DNA of 63,936 bases, the filler included, from Kipferlia bialata (Eukaryota), in assembly GCA_003568945.1 (NCBI GenBank). It is 5 parts of 5 records of this genome, joined end to end, with 100 filler letters (N's around TTAATTAATTAA, not from the genome) between each part and the next. Parts side by side here need not be neighbours in the genome. Positions count along the whole stretch, not along the records: positions 55,017 to 63,936 come from BDIP01000248.1; 4 more parts are not named here. One strand, 5' to 3'. A model generated the notes under the pieces. It saw only the letters and a list, made by a program, of their open reading frames with translations, did no database searches and was not told where the DNA came from. Shown one piece after another: positions 63,189 through 63,936 of the stretch. How positions within the stretch are numbered: position 1 is the first letter of the stretch; each line of letters begins with the position of its first letter. A program made the position numbers and the translations under genes.

Positions 63189-63605
63189 ATGGCAGACTCT
63201 GATATGGTTGGGCAGATCCAGGCACCCCTCGACCTTCTGAGGGAGGCCCTGGACGGCACTGTGGTGGTCAGCTGCCACGGACACAGAGAGCTCACAGGAA
63301 GGCTGCATGTACGTGTCATACACTACTCTCTCATCTGCCTCGTTTGTAATCATAACACAGTCAGAAGCAGTATATATGCATGTTTGGAGTCATGGAGGTG
63401 TACGTCAAGCAGTTATGTTGGTGTTATGATGGGGTTCCATAGATCTGATCACCGATACTGGCGCCCTGGTATCTCATATGTGTAACACTCATTCTGTCCC
63501 ACCCCCCAGGCCTTCGACCAGCACTGCAACCTGCTGATAGGCGATGCCCGTGAGACCCACCTGCGCATCACCATCGACACAGCCACCATGGAGGAGACAC
63601 AGGAG
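63189..63605 (+). CDS. LSM3: Sm-like protein LSm3, last exon beyond window
   Basis: MADSDMVGQIQAPLDLLREALDGTVVVSCHGHRELTGRLH|AFDQHCNLLIGDARETHLRITIDTATMEETQE; exons 63189-63308 and 63510-63605. Confidence 0.9.
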
Positions 63606-63936
63606 GTACGGGGATGTTTTGGGGTATATATCGGTAGTGCGACGCACTGTGCGTACTTATGTTCCACACATGTATGATTGTGACTCCAAGGCCAATTTGT
63701 CTGTGCATATTCGGTTATGTAGGCCTATCTAGTGGTTTGTGGTGTACGTTGCTCTCTCCAACCCAGCATCCATACTCACTCCAACTCTGCCAATACCACT
63801 CATGTCTCATATTGCAATCATGTGCCTCTTTGTACTGGATTCTGCTCTAGGAGTTTCTTTGACATTGTTCTTATCGTCTCTCTCTGTCTCTCTCTCCCCC
63901 CCCCCCCCCCCCCCCCCCCCCCCACCCCCCACCCGC

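Noticed and set aside
1..63936. tRNA, rRNA or snRNA genes
   Set aside because: None recognisable by eye; a covariance-model search would be needed to exclude them

Overview
Intron-rich eukaryotic genomic DNA, not prokaryotic. Short GT-AG introns end in a branch point fused to the 3' splice site (CTNAC-N2-3-YAG), and (TA)n, (GA)n and poly-C tracts are abundant. The style suggests a free-living fornicate such as Kipferlia (inference only). The window is five scaffolds joined by artificial N-TTAATTAATTAA-N linkers (about 24590, 41190, 48213, 54966), and several poly-G/C runs look like assembly mis-joins. Genes reconstructed by hand: a large BEACH-family protein, an acyl-CoA synthetase fragment, a multipass membrane protein, DTD1, a WD40 protein, an ST13/HIP-like co-chaperone, two kinase fragments, a stand-alone HHxxxDG acyltransferase, a metallophosphoesterase 5' exon, an FPPS-type prenyl synthase, a CEP104-like protein apparently lacking TOG, LSM8, a sulfurtransferase fragment, a TAF2-like gene and LSM3. 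The most striking feature is dozens of 20-60 nt 'exon echoes': partial copies of an exon end plus its splice site, repeated at roughly 75-130 nt spacing inside the adjacent intron and once after a stop codon. They differ from the real exon mostly by synonymous substitutions. A second pattern is chains of overlapping palindromes with 1-nt centres in intergenic DNA.
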